64,000 bases of DNA from a virus (taxonomy: Duplodnaviria; Heunggongvirae; Uroviricota; Caudoviricetes). Position numbers and translations under genes: made by a program. A model generated the notes under the pieces. It worked only from the letters and a program-made list of their open reading frames with translations. It was not told where the DNA came from and did no database searches. This document shows, piece by piece, positions 49,223 through 59,343 of this stretch (the stretch's first letter is position 1; each line of letters opens with the position of its first letter). The stretch covers positions 1 through 64,000 of IMG/VR virus record IMGVR_UViG_3300031949_000001. The stretch is one strand, 5' to 3'.

Positions 49223-49561
49223 ATGAGTACGATTTTAGACGTTAATTTAGACAACTTTCAGGCAGAAGTTAAAGAACATAAAGGTCCAGTTCTTGTGGAC
49301 TTTTGGGCGCCTTGGTGTGCTCCATGCCGCATGATGGCACCTATTCTTGAGCAAGTAGCCGCTGAAATGGGCGATAAAATCAAAGTCGTGAAAATAAACA
49401 TTGACGAAAACCCCGATCTTGCTGTACGATATTACGTTAGAGGTATTCCAGCATTTGCCGTCCTTCGAGATGGAGCAATTCTAAGTGCTCAAATGGGTGC
49501 TCAACCCAAAGCAGTATTTCAGATGTTTGTTGAACGCGCATTGTCGGATAACCCTATTTAA
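49223..49561 (+). CDS. trxA: Thioredoxin
   Basis: VLVDFWAPWCAPC...VRGIP. Confidence 0.93.
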   Translation: MSTILDVNLDNFQAEVKEHKGPVLVDFWAPWCAPCRMMAPILEQVAAEMGDKIKVVKINIDENPDLAVRYYVRGIPAFAVLRDGAILSAQMGAQPKAVFQMFVERALSDNPI

Positions 49562-50517
49562 AGAAACTGCAACAAAGAGAAAATACAACTATATAACCCC
49601 ATAATACAGAAGGAGTAACACCATGGAAACCGCACAGATCGTTTACAAGCCGCTCGTCAAAGATGTAATGAATGGTTGGGTCAAAGTCCCAGCAGGAGCT
49701 AAGGTTCGCGTTCGCAAGAATCGTCGTCATCAAGACGTGATTCAACAGCGCACGACATTCGTTACCACACGTAGCGTTGAATACTTTGCATCGGGTCGCA
49801 TCGGCGTAAGCTGGAAGCGCAACGGCTACAAGGCTTCAACAATCGTTGCCGCGTAATCGAAACTACCAAACACTGAAAATGGGGCTTAATTGCTCCATTT
49901 TTTTCTTGACATATGTTTTGAACAAGAGTATTATGATCGTCTTTCAACAAACCGAAGGAATGATCATGGATGTGACTATTGACCAATTCTCAATGTATGT
50001 TTCAAAAGCCTTGCGAAAGGCTAGTGTAAATAAAAACCGAAAAATCGTAGTCAACGGAAGTGCATCCGGCATCGAAGTAATTCTCGAAGCTCAGCGCTTT
50101 CATGTATCAAATCCCAAAGCCCTCAAGGCAGAGGCTCAAGCACGATTCGAAGAGTTGTGGAAATGTAATCCGAGTTATCCCGATCCCACTTATCTCGCCA
50201 GCGTCGCGTACGAAGAAACAATAAGAAAGTACCCCGCAAATGGAAGCAGAACTACAGAGACTTGAACTATTGATACACCACATGGGTGTAAGTAAAGAGA
50301 TGGTGACAAAGGCGTTTTTAGATGCTTGTAAAGATTATGCCGAAAGAGAAGGCTTTGATTTAGAAAACGGTTGCATGGCTATTCATCGAGCCGTAGTTCC
50401 ATCATTGGTGGAATTTGATGAAGCAAAAGAACACATAATTATTCATGATGGAAATAAATTCCCCCTTAATTCAGTTGTATTTTTTACCGAAGATTATCTA
50501 CTAGACAAAGGATAGAA

Positions 50518-51657
50518 ATGATAGAGTTTATTGGTGGTCGTAATTATTTTTACGATTTTAATAAGATTGTAGAAAAAGCTACTACCGAGTACTCTGGTCC
50601 TACGCTCTATCTAAGTGAATCCGGCATCGAACAAAAGATTCGTATGTTCAAAGATGCTCTGCCGTCTATCAAACCACACTATGCCGTTAAGGCTAACCCA
50701 AGCATTCGCGTTCTGGAAATTCTGGAACGGGAACATTGTAATTTTGAAGTTGCTTCTTATGAAGAATTTAAAATTCTCCAACAAATGGGTGTTGGTGTGG
50801 ATCGAATCCTTTACAGCAATCCAATCAAACCAGCCTGGATGATGCGCCAGCTCGATATGGAACACGTCGGCTGTTTCGTGGCTGATAACCTCAATGAAAT
50901 TAAGAGAATTGTTGCTGTTAACAGCAACATCGCCATTTATTTGCGTATGCATTTAGGAGATGACGCCTCAGGAAGTGTCATACCTCTTTCTGGAAAATTT
51001 GGTGCATCACCGGTCAATATCGCCGATATTATTAAATATTGCGGTTCTAATCGTGTTAATCTTTGTGGATTGGGCTTCCATGTCGGCTCTCAATGTCTTG
51101 ATCCGTTAAGCTGGAGAGATGGAATCCAAACAGCCAAGCATTACTTTGATGTGATGAAAGAAGAAGGGTTGACACCTTACTTCTTAAATATCGGTGGTGG
51201 TTTTCCTGTGTATTACAAGCAGACTCTAGGAAACACGTTCAGAAACATAACGAGCACTATCAACAAAGAAATAGCCGGAATGGATGAATATCGTATTGTC
51301 GCCGAACCGGGTCGATTCCTGGTGGCTGACTGTGGCGTTTTTGTTGCTCAAGTCATCAACGTGACCGTTCGAAATGGTATGAATTGGGCGTATCTTGATG
51401 CTGGGTTGTTTAATGGTCTATTCGAAATCCATGAAGGTATTGAGTATGAAATCCGTTCGAATGCATCTGGTGAACGCAGAATGTGGACATTAGCCGGTCC
51501 GACATGTGATTCGTTTGATATTATTACCAAAAAAGCTAACCTACCTACCAATCTAAAAGAAGGCGATTTCCTTTATTTTATGAACGGTGGCGCTTACACA
51601 ACCGCCTATGCAACGACCTTCAATGGTTTTCCGCTACCACAAGTTGAATTTCTATAA
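50518..51657 (+). CDS. Fold-type III PLP-dependent ornithine/lysine decarboxylase
   Basis: HYAVKAN, KFG, HVGSQ, GGGF, EPGR, GPTCDSFD and GAYT motifs. Confidence 0.92.
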   Translation: MIEFIGGRNYFYDFNKIVEKATTEYSGPTLYLSESGIEQKIRMFKDALPSIKPHYAVKANPSIRVLEILEREHCNFEVASYEEFKILQQMGVGVDRILYSNPIKPAWMMRQLDMEHVGCFVADNLNEIKRIVAVNSNIAIYLRMHLGDDASGSVIPLSGKFGASPVNIADIIKYCGSNRVNLCGLGFHVGSQCLDPLSWRDGIQTAKHYFDVMKEEGLTPYFLNIGGGFPVYYKQTLGNTFRNITSTINKEIAGMDEYRIVAEPGRFLVADCGVFVAQVINVTVRNGMNWAYLDAGLFNGLFEIHEGIEYEIRSNASGERRMWTLAGPTCDSFDIITKKANLPTNLKEGDFLYFMNGGAYTTAYATTFNGFPLPQVEFL

Positions 51658-51708
51658 CTGTTTTCGCTTTGGATATAAATACCTGAAGTATAACGGGAGG
51701 ATTATCCA

Positions 51709-54700
51709 ATGGTTACAGTAACAAGTCTTGACCAATACAAGTCAAAAATTTCATTCGGTGGCGGTGATAACGACGCAGCCGTAATAGGTGGCGTGAATAC
51801 TGCTCTATTGGGCAAAAACTGGACAGTTCATGACGCGCTTGCGAATACATCTGGCACACAAGCAGCCGCTTTCGGCTCTACTTTAGTTGGTGGTAACGCA
51901 AGTGGTCTTGCAAACGATGCTACAGTATATACAGCTACTATTACTGTAGATGGCGCTGCGACACCTATTTCCATCGCTGGTAATGCTGCCCAAACATTTA
52001 CTACTTTGATCAATGAAATTAACACTGATCTTGCCGCCGCAGCCGTCGCATCTCTCCTTGGAAACACAATCCTCGTTACAAGCGCATCAACCGGTTTGAC
52101 ATCTACTATTTCCATGGTAGATGCACCAGTATTCGGAGTGTCTCTCCCGTTGTTCGCTTCCGTGTCTGGTTTTGCAAGATTCAATTCTCCAGTAAACGGT
52201 ATTCTTGGAAAAACTTACACCACCGCTGTTGATGGTGGAGCCGCTTCTGGTTATCAAGAAGTAAACGTTGGTGGAGCTAAGGTTGCCGGCTCAGCCTCTG
52301 GCTTGACAAACACCGCCGCCGCTCTTTACAAAGCTACCATCACTGTAGATGGTGTTGCAACCCCAATTTCTATTGCTGGTAATGCTGCCCAAACATATGG
52401 CACCGTATTGTCAGAACTTAACACAGACTTGGGTGCTTCAGCCGTTGCATCTTTAATTAACGGTAACATAAGAGTAACCTCTGCAACTACTGGTGTTAAT
52501 TCTACCATTGCAATTCTGGATACTCCAGCAACATTCGGATCACAAACAGTTAATGTTGGTGGTAACAAGACCGGAGCATCCGCAACTAACCTTGTAACTG
52601 ATACGGCTGGTTTTGATACAGTCACTTTCACCGCTCCTCCAGTAGGTGGTGGTGCAACTGGTCTTGCGGTTGATACTTCGGGTTATCAAGTTGTAGATAC
52701 TGGTGGTGGCCATGTGGGTGGAGATGCAACAGGTTTGACAAATGATGGAACAGATTATACCGCAGATGTTGTTATTGATAGTGTTACATATCCAGTTTCG
52801 GCAATTGGTAGTGCAAACCAAACATATACATTACTTTTGGGAACAATTAATGCAGCAATTGGTGCAAATGGTTTAGCTGCTATTGTTTCTGGAAACATTC
52901 GAGTTACTAGCTCTTCGACTGGTATAAGTTCAACTGTTGCTATTACAGATACTGGTGCAAATCATTTGTTCGCGTCATTGACTGGTTTTGTGGCAATTGA
53001 TGCTGCTGTTGATGGAACGACAACCAACTATACCGCTACTATTACAATTGATGCCACTGGATATCCAGTGATTGCAAATGGTGAAACAAACCAAACGTTT
53101 ACGCTATTGCTCGCCACGATTCAAGCAGCTATTGGTGCATTTGGTACGGTAGCAATCGTTGGTAGCACAATCAAAGTCACGAGTGCAACAACTGGTACAG
53201 GTTCAACAGTCGCTATTGTTGATACTGGTGCAAATCATCTATTTGATAATTTGATGAATTGGATGTCAACAGATGCTGGTACTCCTGGAACAACAACCGA
53301 TTACACCGCTACGCTTACAATCAACGGTACTGGTTATCCGGTTACAGCCAATGGTCAAACAAACCAAACATACACTTTATTAATCGCTACGCTTCAAGCG
53401 GCGGTCGGCGTGAATGGTACAGTAGGATTGGTCGGCGGAAACGTCAAAGTAACAGCAGCAGGTACACCGGGCGTTGCCTCCATTGTAGCAATTACTGCTG
53501 GTACACTTTTTGCCGCCCCATTGAATGGTTTTGTTGCTGTTCTAGCAGCGGTAGACGGAACATCTCCTGTATTCGCTTCTCTAACAGGATATGTGGCAGT
53601 TAATACAGCGGTTGCCGGTGTGGGTGCTAGTACTTTTGGTGGTTATCAAAACGTCTTTGTTGCAGGTAATAAAATTGGTAGTAGCCTTACTGGTCTAAGT
53701 AATGAGACAGCCGGTCGCCAAGATGTTGTGTTTGTTTACCAAAAGGTAGCTTCAGATTTTACTGGTCTCGCAAATGATGCCACGGCATACACTGCGGATA
53801 TAACAGTTGATGGTGTAGTTACTCCTATCTCAGTTGTTGGTTCTACCGCGCAAACATTCACCACATTACTTTCACAAATTAATACCGACTTAGGTATTGC
53901 AGCAACAGCAACATTGTTCAACGGAGTCCTTCGTGTAACAAGCGCAACAACTGGCGTTTCATCAACCGTTGAAATCGCTGATTCTGGTGCTCATCCACTA
54001 TTCGCAAGCATTGCAAATTACTATTTGGTTGCTCCAGCAGTCGCAGGTACTGCTCAAGCATACACATTCCAGGTTCTATTCGACAATGGAGTTATCAACG
54101 GATATCAAGTTGTAAATGTTGGTGCTAATAAAGTTAGCTCCTCTCTAACTAATCTTGTTGGAGTTACAACTTATACAGCAACTGTTACAGTTGATGGTGT
54201 AGGTCATCCAGTTTCGATTTTGGGTTCAACCGCTCAAACGTATGGCGAATTGGTTGCTCAGATTGAAGCAGACCTAGCTAATACCGCAGTAGTTGGACTA
54301 TCGGGTGGTAATATTCGTATCGAGTCTGTTTCAACGGGTTCAGTTTCAACTGTAGCAATAACTGCTGGTACTCTTTTTGCTGCTCCATTGAATGGATTTG
54401 TAGGATTGGTAGCAGCAATTCCAGGAGTAGTTATTGATGTTTCAGTAGCTGGCTCTGTATCTCAAACATACACTGCTCTACTAGCTGCAATTAATGTCGA
54501 TTTGGGTGCTTCCGGAGTTGCGACATTGAATAACGGTAACGTGCGTATTACAAGTGCTACAACTGGTCCAACATCCGCAGTAGTCATTCGTAATGCTGGT
54601 ACATTGTTTGCAACCGGAAGTGCGCTTACTGATTGTACCGGTCCTGGACCATCAGTCCCAGGCGCAGCAGTAACGCCAGTAACTAAGTACTACGTGGTTG

Positions 54701-54879
54701 CTACTGTCGAAGATGGTAAGTTCTCATATCAGCGTTGGACGACATGGGACGCTGGTCTACACACCGGTACCCTACCTGGACCATTGTTTGGTTTCAGCCG
54801 AAATCCACTTCATGCAGGCGCTATCTACATGTACTCCGATTACGATGTCAGCAATTTAGAGTCGTTAACCTTTGCGTAA
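51709..54879 (+). CDS. Large Gly/Ala/Thr/Val-rich repeat protein, probably structural
   Basis: TATAAATA late promoter; about 8 copies of YTATITVDG...QT(Y/F)...NIRVTSATTG. Confidence 0.75.
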   Translation: MVTVTSLDQYKSKISFGGGDNDAAVIGGVNTALLGKNWTVHDALANTSGTQAAAFGSTLVGGNASGLANDATVYTATITVDGAATPISIAGNAAQTFTTLINEINTDLAAAAVASLLGNTILVTSASTGLTSTISMVDAPVFGVSLPLFASVSGFARFNSPVNGILGKTYTTAVDGGAASGYQEVNVGGAKVAGSASGLTNTAAALYKATITVDGVATPISIAGNAAQTYGTVLSELNTDLGASAVASLINGNIRVTSATTGVNSTIAILDTPATFGSQTVNVGGNKTGASATNLVTDTAGFDTVTFTAPPVGGGATGLAVDTSGYQVVDTGGGHVGGDATGLTNDGTDYTADVVIDSVTYPVSAIGSANQTYTLLLGTINAAIGANGLAAIVSGNIRVTSSSTGISSTVAITDTGANHLFASLTGFVAIDAAVDGTTTNYTATITIDATGYPVIANGETNQTFTLLLATIQAAIGAFGTVAIVGSTIKVTSATTGTGSTVAIVDTGANHLFDNLMNWMSTDAGTPGTTTDYTATLTINGTGYPVTANGQTNQTYTLLIATLQAAVGVNGTVGLVGGNVKVTAAGTPGVASIVAITAGTLFAAPLNGFVAVLAAVDGTSPVFASLTGYVAVNTAVAGVGASTFGGYQNVFVAGNKIGSSLTGLSNETAGRQDVVFVYQKVASDFTGLANDATAYTADITVDGVVTPISVVGSTAQTFTTLLSQINTDLGIAATATLFNGVLRVTSATTGVSSTVEIADSGAHPLFASIANYYLVAPAVAGTAQAYTFQVLFDNGVINGYQVVNVGANKVSSSLTNLVGVTTYTATVTVDGVGHPVSILGSTAQTYGELVAQIEADLANTAVVGLSGGNIRIESVSTGSVSTVAITAGTLFAAPLNGFVGLVAAIPGVVIDVSVAGSVSQTYTALLAAINVDLGASGVATLNNGNVRITSATTGPTSAVVIRNAGTLFATGSALTDCTGPGPSVPGAAVTPVTKYYVVATVEDGKFSYQRWTTWDAGLHTGTLPGPLFGFSRNPLHAGAIYMYSDYDVSNLESLTFA

Positions 54880-54894
54880 TAAGAAATAAAGCGG

Positions 54895-54988
54895 CGGAAG
54901 GAAGGGGATTTGGACCCCTGACACGATGTATGAGATCGTATGTCCAGCCCTTAACTGGATGCCTTAAACCAGGCTCAGCCATCCTTCC
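54895..54988 (-). tRNA. tRNA with Ser-type body and AAG (Leu) anticodon
   Basis: GGAAGGA/TCCTTCC, G73, long variable arm, loop TTAAGGG; followed by CCG. Confidence 0.75.
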
Positions 54989-55371
54989 GTCCTTATTTAT
55001 CGATGTCAAGAATCCAACCCGAGATGATTATCTTGACATTTCTCAAATAGAAGAGTAGAATCGCTAATCGTTGTGATTCTACTCTTTTTATTTGAGGATA
55101 ATATGGAAACGCTTAGACTGTTTGGATTGAAACAAATTGGTGGATCGGAACTCCTAATTGCCGATCTTTTCTTCTCAAAGAAAGAAGCCGCCAAGAAAGA
55201 GCGCATTAAGCGCAATCAAAAAGACAAAGACGGGATTGAAATCCTTGATTTCGTTGTTACCCGTGGTCCGGACCATATGGATGGATTTTCCCGCCCATCA
55301 ACCTACCGTACTGAACCTGGACGTAAGGGTGTTAAGCGTGGTACCAAATCCATGATGAAGGCGTTCGGAAA

Positions 55372-55731
55372 ATGAAATTCATTTGTGTGATGAAACAAAA
55401 CGGAGAGGGTTGTGATTACACAATCGGTTGTGGAATGAGATTTTTTACACTCAACGCGGAAACGCCCGAGGAAGCTACCGATAAAATAATCAAAAAGCTC
55501 GATTTTGAGGATTATGAATCTGGTAATTCTAATCCTGGATACCATTGTAAAGATGGTGAGCAGGAATTATCCATATGGCGGCTGTTTGAAATCAAAGCAG
55601 AATATAATTTGCTTGAATTGCTTCATCAATGGGAAGTAAATTTTAATGAAGCAGAAAACACAAGAAAGACAGCCAAAAAAGAAGCAGAAGATAGAGTGAA
55701 ATACGAAGAACTAAAACGTAAGTTTGGCTAA
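55372..55731 (+). CDS. Hypothetical protein
   Basis: GEGCDYTIGCG motif. Confidence 0.65.
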   Translation: MKFICVMKQNGEGCDYTIGCGMRFFTLNAETPEEATDKIIKKLDFEDYESGNSNPGYHCKDGEQELSIWRLFEIKAEYNLLELLHQWEVNFNEAENTRKTAKKEAEDRVKYEELKRKFG

Positions 55732-55735
55732 AATG

Positions 55736-55810
55736 GGGTCTGTAGCTTAAAGAAGAAGCGGCGTGCTCATAACACGAGGAGTGTTGGTTTGAGTCCAACC
55801 GGACCCACCA
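55736..55810 (+). tRNA. tRNA-Met or Ile2 (CAU)
   Basis: Loop CTCATAA; CCA. Confidence 0.8.
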
Positions 55811-55821
55811 AGGAGAAATAT

Positions 55822-56301
55822 ATGGAATATAATATCGTACCAGACTATAACATCAAATACGAAAGGCGTATTTCTCGCTTTTGGGGATTTGATATCGATA
55901 AGGTTGAAAAACTTAAGAATGCTAAATTCGTTTGTGAAGTTGCCATTCGTACGCGAGGCGGAAGCTGGTCTGATAATCCTGTTGCTATCTTTTGGCAAGA
56001 AACGCCACCAGATTTGACCTACAGCAATTATTTCGGTTTGTTGGAGCAGATGGGTAGTCTGTATATCACAAGTGGTCAGGAAGCCGTAGAAGACGGCTTG
56101 ACGGGTATTGTTGCAGCCAATGGTGACGTAGTGTATAGTGCATATCGTCATGATTTTCGTTACAGCCCGGATAAAACTGTATGGATTGATGGAGGGCGAG
56201 ACTATGTTCGCTGTAGTGGTGCTGCTGCTGGTTTCGTCACTCTGAAGTTTGTTAAAGACAAACTAGTTGTAGATGGAATAGTAAATAGTGATTTGCAGTA
56301 A
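55822..56301 (+). CDS. Phage hypothetical protein
   Basis: YSAYRHDF...IDGGRDY; AAGGAG RBS. Confidence 0.75.
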   Translation: MEYNIVPDYNIKYERRISRFWGFDIDKVEKLKNAKFVCEVAIRTRGGSWSDNPVAIFWQETPPDLTYSNYFGLLEQMGSLYITSGQEAVEDGLTGIVAANGDVVYSAYRHDFRYSPDKTVWIDGGRDYVRCSGAAAGFVTLKFVKDKLVVDGIVNSDLQ

Positions 56302-56329
56302 CTAACCTAGAAGGAGTCGTAGAAATAAA

Positions 56330-56626
56330 ATGATTAACCCTAATGATCCAATTGACGTAGATGTTTTTGATGAAACAGACCACGCTCAATTGTTTGACCT
56401 AAATTGGACCGCAAAATCCATAGAAGACGTTAGAAATCTTGTTAAAACTAACACAATGTCACCGATAGAAATTGCCGTTCTGATAGCAAATAGTCCAGTT
56501 TTATGTGAAGAATGTGATGATCCAATTGATGACCGCCGAAGGCACTTAGAACCAGGAACAAAGCATTGTACCGATTGTCGCGAATTTTTAGATAAGAAAA
56601 CACGGTTGACAGGAATAACGCATTAA
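56330..56626 (+). CDS. TraR/DksA-type C4 zinc-finger protein
   Basis: CEECDDPIDDRRR...PGTKHCTDC. Confidence 0.75.
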   Translation: MINPNDPIDVDVFDETDHAQLFDLNWTAKSIEDVRNLVKTNTMSPIEIAVLIANSPVLCEECDDPIDDRRRHLEPGTKHCTDCREFLDKKTRLTGITH

Positions 56627-56647
56627 GCTATACTGCTTGCCCCGTAA

Positions 56648-57169
56648 GTGAATAAAGAAAAGGTTAAGGAAATGTTTAAGGTTGTAGAACATCTACGTCC
56701 ATATGCTCTAGTGTTAGTCGGTCTTCCTGGGACTGGCAAGTCTACTTTTGTCTCTCAACTCCCCCCACATTTCGTTGTTTTGTCTACTGACAACGTTATG
56801 GAGCGTCTGGCTAAGGAATTGGAAGTATCTTATAACGAAGCCTTCAATCTTGTTGGTTGGGAAGCGGCTGAACATCAGTATTACGAAGAATTTGCCGCTG
56901 CCACTGCGGCAGGTAAGGATATCGTTATCGATCAGACCAATGTGAGTATAAAGGTTCGTCGTCGTAAACTCTCACGTATTCCGGCTCACTACCACAAAGT
57001 AGCGGTTATCTTCACTCTTCCGGAAGATGTCCTGGCGGAACGGCTCACTGTGCGTGAAGCAAAGACCGGCAAGAAGATTCCACCACATATCATGGCGGAT
57101 ATGATCGAACGTTGGGAAGATCCAACCAAGGCAGAGGGCTTTGATAACATTGTTATTTTTAAAGATTAA
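56648..57169 (+). CDS. P-loop kinase (AAA_33 / polynucleotide-kinase-like)
   Basis: GLPGTGKST, STD, IDQTN, EGFD. Confidence 0.88.
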   Translation: MNKEKVKEMFKVVEHLRPYALVLVGLPGTGKSTFVSQLPPHFVVLSTDNVMERLAKELEVSYNEAFNLVGWEAAEHQYYEEFAAATAAGKDIVIDQTNVSIKVRRRKLSRIPAHYHKVAVIFTLPEDVLAERLTVREAKTGKKIPPHIMADMIERWEDPTKAEGFDNIVIFKD

Positions 57170-57220
57170 AAAGAAAATATTATAAATACTCCCATAACCC
57201 AAATTTCGGGAGTTTAAAAA

Positions 57221-57580
57221 ATGATCAAAGCCATTCTTTCTTGTTTCGAAACAAGAATGAGAACATTTATAACCTTAATTTCGTTGATCACTGGATTGTT
57301 TGGAATTATTAGTGGTCTTTATTCCGCCGCCTCGTGGGCGGATTCTCGTTATGCTCATGCTGCTGATGTCAATAGGCGATTGGATGGTATACAACGGGAT
57401 AGTCTAATAATCCGCCGCCAACAACTAGACGATAAAATCTTCGAACTAAAACTCCAAAAACCGAAAACAGACGCGGTGCAAGCTTTGATCGAACGCTACA
57501 CAAACCAAATGCAGGCACTTGACGAGCAAATTACTAATATGATAGACTCACAGAACGCTAGCAATAAACCAAATCGCTAA
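57221..57580 (+). CDS. Late single-pass membrane coiled-coil protein
   Basis: TATAAATA promoter; N-terminal TM helix. Confidence 0.55.
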   Translation: MIKAILSCFETRMRTFITLISLITGLFGIISGLYSAASWADSRYAHAADVNRRLDGIQRDSLIIRRQQLDDKIFELKLQKPKTDAVQALIERYTNQMQALDEQITNMIDSQNASNKPNR

Positions 57581-57598
57581 GCAAGTTCTGGAGGTTTT

Positions 57599-57841
57599 AT
57601 GCCGATTCGAGAATATAAATGCTCAGATTGTGCCCACCGTTTCGAAACAATTCAAAAACTCAGTGATCCCGTCTTGACAAACTGCCCTAAATGCGGGCAT
57701 GATACGTTACTCAAACTGATATCTGCTGCGGGTTTTCAATTGAAAGGTACGGGTTGGTATAGCACTGATTTTAAAACACCTACTACTCTTCCTACTGTCG
57801 ATACTACAACAATCGTTGATAAACCACCCACACTAACATGA
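57599..57841 (+). CDS. FmdB-family zinc-ribbon protein
   Basis: MPIREYKCSDC...CPKCG...FQLKGTGWYSTD. Confidence 0.9.
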   Translation: MPIREYKCSDCAHRFETIQKLSDPVLTNCPKCGHDTLLKLISAAGFQLKGTGWYSTDFKTPTTLPTVDTTTIVDKPPTLT

Positions 57842-58190
57842 TACAACTTTACACTATCCATAAGTTTATAAGAAACAAACTATTTAAAGCGCCATATAAT
57901 TCTTTGTCGGTAGAAGAGACGAAATATTATTCAATTCATCCAGTTGAATTGTATTATGAGTGTGTACGATTGGCACAGCTTCATTTATCTGAAATTCATG
58001 CCGCCAATCCAAGCACCAAATATTCATTATTGCTTGATAGATATACTGTCGTCTTTCGTCCAGTTGATAGTATAGAAAACGTAAGTAATTATCCAGGACT
58101 TGAACTCTTGGACGACGGTGATGAAAGATATGCTGTCGCTTGGTTGGTTGTTCCGGTTTTAAACAACGAAGAAATAAATGAAGAAGTCCC

Positions 58191-58219
58191 TTGACTTTTA
58201 GTTTCGGACTATATATACT
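58191..58219 (+). promoter_or_regulatory. sigma70 promoter of tRNA cluster leader 2
   Basis: TTGACT-17-TATACT. Confidence 0.75.
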
Positions 58220-58295
58220 GTACAGACGTTGTTAATTCCGTTTGAATTAACTGGTGGAGGCGGTCTGGAAACCAGACGCCCTTTTGGAGATTAAA

Positions 58296-58376
58296 ATGTT
58301 TACAGCAACTCAGACAAAGCGTATTGCGAATGTGGTCGATAATCAAAGACCACAGGGGTTTTTCGTGTCTAAGTAA
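58296..58376 (+). CDS. Putative leader peptide (26 aa)
   Basis: GGAG RBS; MFTATQTKRIANVVDNQRPQGFFVSK; terminator follows. Confidence 0.5.
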   Translation: MFTATQTKRIANVVDNQRPQGFFVSK

Positions 58377-58400
58377 GCTGAAACTAAGCAAGCAAACATG

Positions 58401-58458
58401 AAAAGCCCTAGAGATAGGGCTTTTTTATTTGTATGTTTTTGTTGACTGCTCTTTAAAA
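58401..58458 (+). terminator. Intrinsic terminator followed by a boxA-like site
   Basis: AAAAGCCCT/AGGGCTTTTTT, then TGCTCTTTAAAA. Confidence 0.75.
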
Positions 58459-58584
58459 ATTTGGTAGCATATATAAGCTTTACTATCCAGTTTGTAGGAT
58501 GGGTAAGTGTTGTCACCGGCTAGTGGATAACCCTCGGGTCTTACGGTTAGCGTTGTGTTAACTGTTCACTAAAAGGAGATTATC

Positions 58585-58929
58585 ATGAACACATTTTACG
58601 GAAATTGGGGATGTAAAGAGGACGTTGCTGGCGATTTTGCTGTTGATATGAAGGCTTTGCGAGGAGTGAAGATTCTGTTCGCTTGGTATAGCTATGAAGA
58701 CTATTCTGGTTCGGCATTCGTGTTGTTTCAGAAGGGACGAAAGTTGTATGAAGTGCATGGAGGGCATTGCTCTTGTAATGGTCTGGAAGGTCAATGGGAA
58801 CCGACAGTAGTTTCAACCGCTGAGTTGTTGTATCGTTTAGAGAATGGGGAGTGTTACTATTTTCCGAGCGATCACAAGGACGAAATGGTTGCATTTTTGA
58901 AGGGAGGAATGAAAAGCAATCGTCAGTAG
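58585..58929 (+). CDS. Phage hypothetical protein
   Basis: YEDYSG...HCSCNGLEGQWEP. Confidence 0.75.
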   Translation: MNTFYGNWGCKEDVAGDFAVDMKALRGVKILFAWYSYEDYSGSAFVLFQKGRKLYEVHGGHCSCNGLEGQWEPTVVSTAELLYRLENGECYYFPSDHKDEMVAFLKGGMKSNRQ

Positions 58930-58976
58930 TAACATGGTTTTGCTAGTTGTACCGGTACAAGAACAACTAGCATTTT

Positions 58977-59050
58977 GGTCCCTTGATGTAATGGTAACGT
59001 GCTTCGTTTACACCGAAGATTCAACAGTTCGATTCTGTTAGGGACTACCA
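58977..59050 (+). tRNA. tRNA-Val(UAC)
   Basis: Loop TTTACAC; CCA. Confidence 0.88.
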
Positions 59051-59055
59051 ACTAT

Positions 59056-59129
59056 TCCCGATTAGTATAATGGCAACACGCGCGCCTTGTAAGCTTGAAA
59101 TGAGGGTTCGATTCCTTCATCGGGAACCA
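59056..59129 (+). tRNA. tRNA-Thr(UGU)
   Basis: Loop CTTGTAA; C2:G71; CCA. Confidence 0.8.
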
Positions 59130-59343
59130 AATTTAAGGAGGATGTCATGGATCAGTCAGAAGATTTGGATTTATTTAGCGTAATGAAAATGGACCCACCT
59201 ACAGGTCAAATCTTCAAGCTGAAATTGGTTGAAAGATTTGGTAATGTAAAAACTGAGGAGGATGCTATGACACCGCTAAACGCAAATGGAAACGACACTA
59301 CGGTCTCCGAGTAATAGGAAAAACCGAAGATGATAAGGATGTA

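Noticed and set aside
51828-53921. Antisense and alternate-frame ORFs inside the 1056-aa gene
   Set aside because: Shadow ORFs caused by biased codon usage
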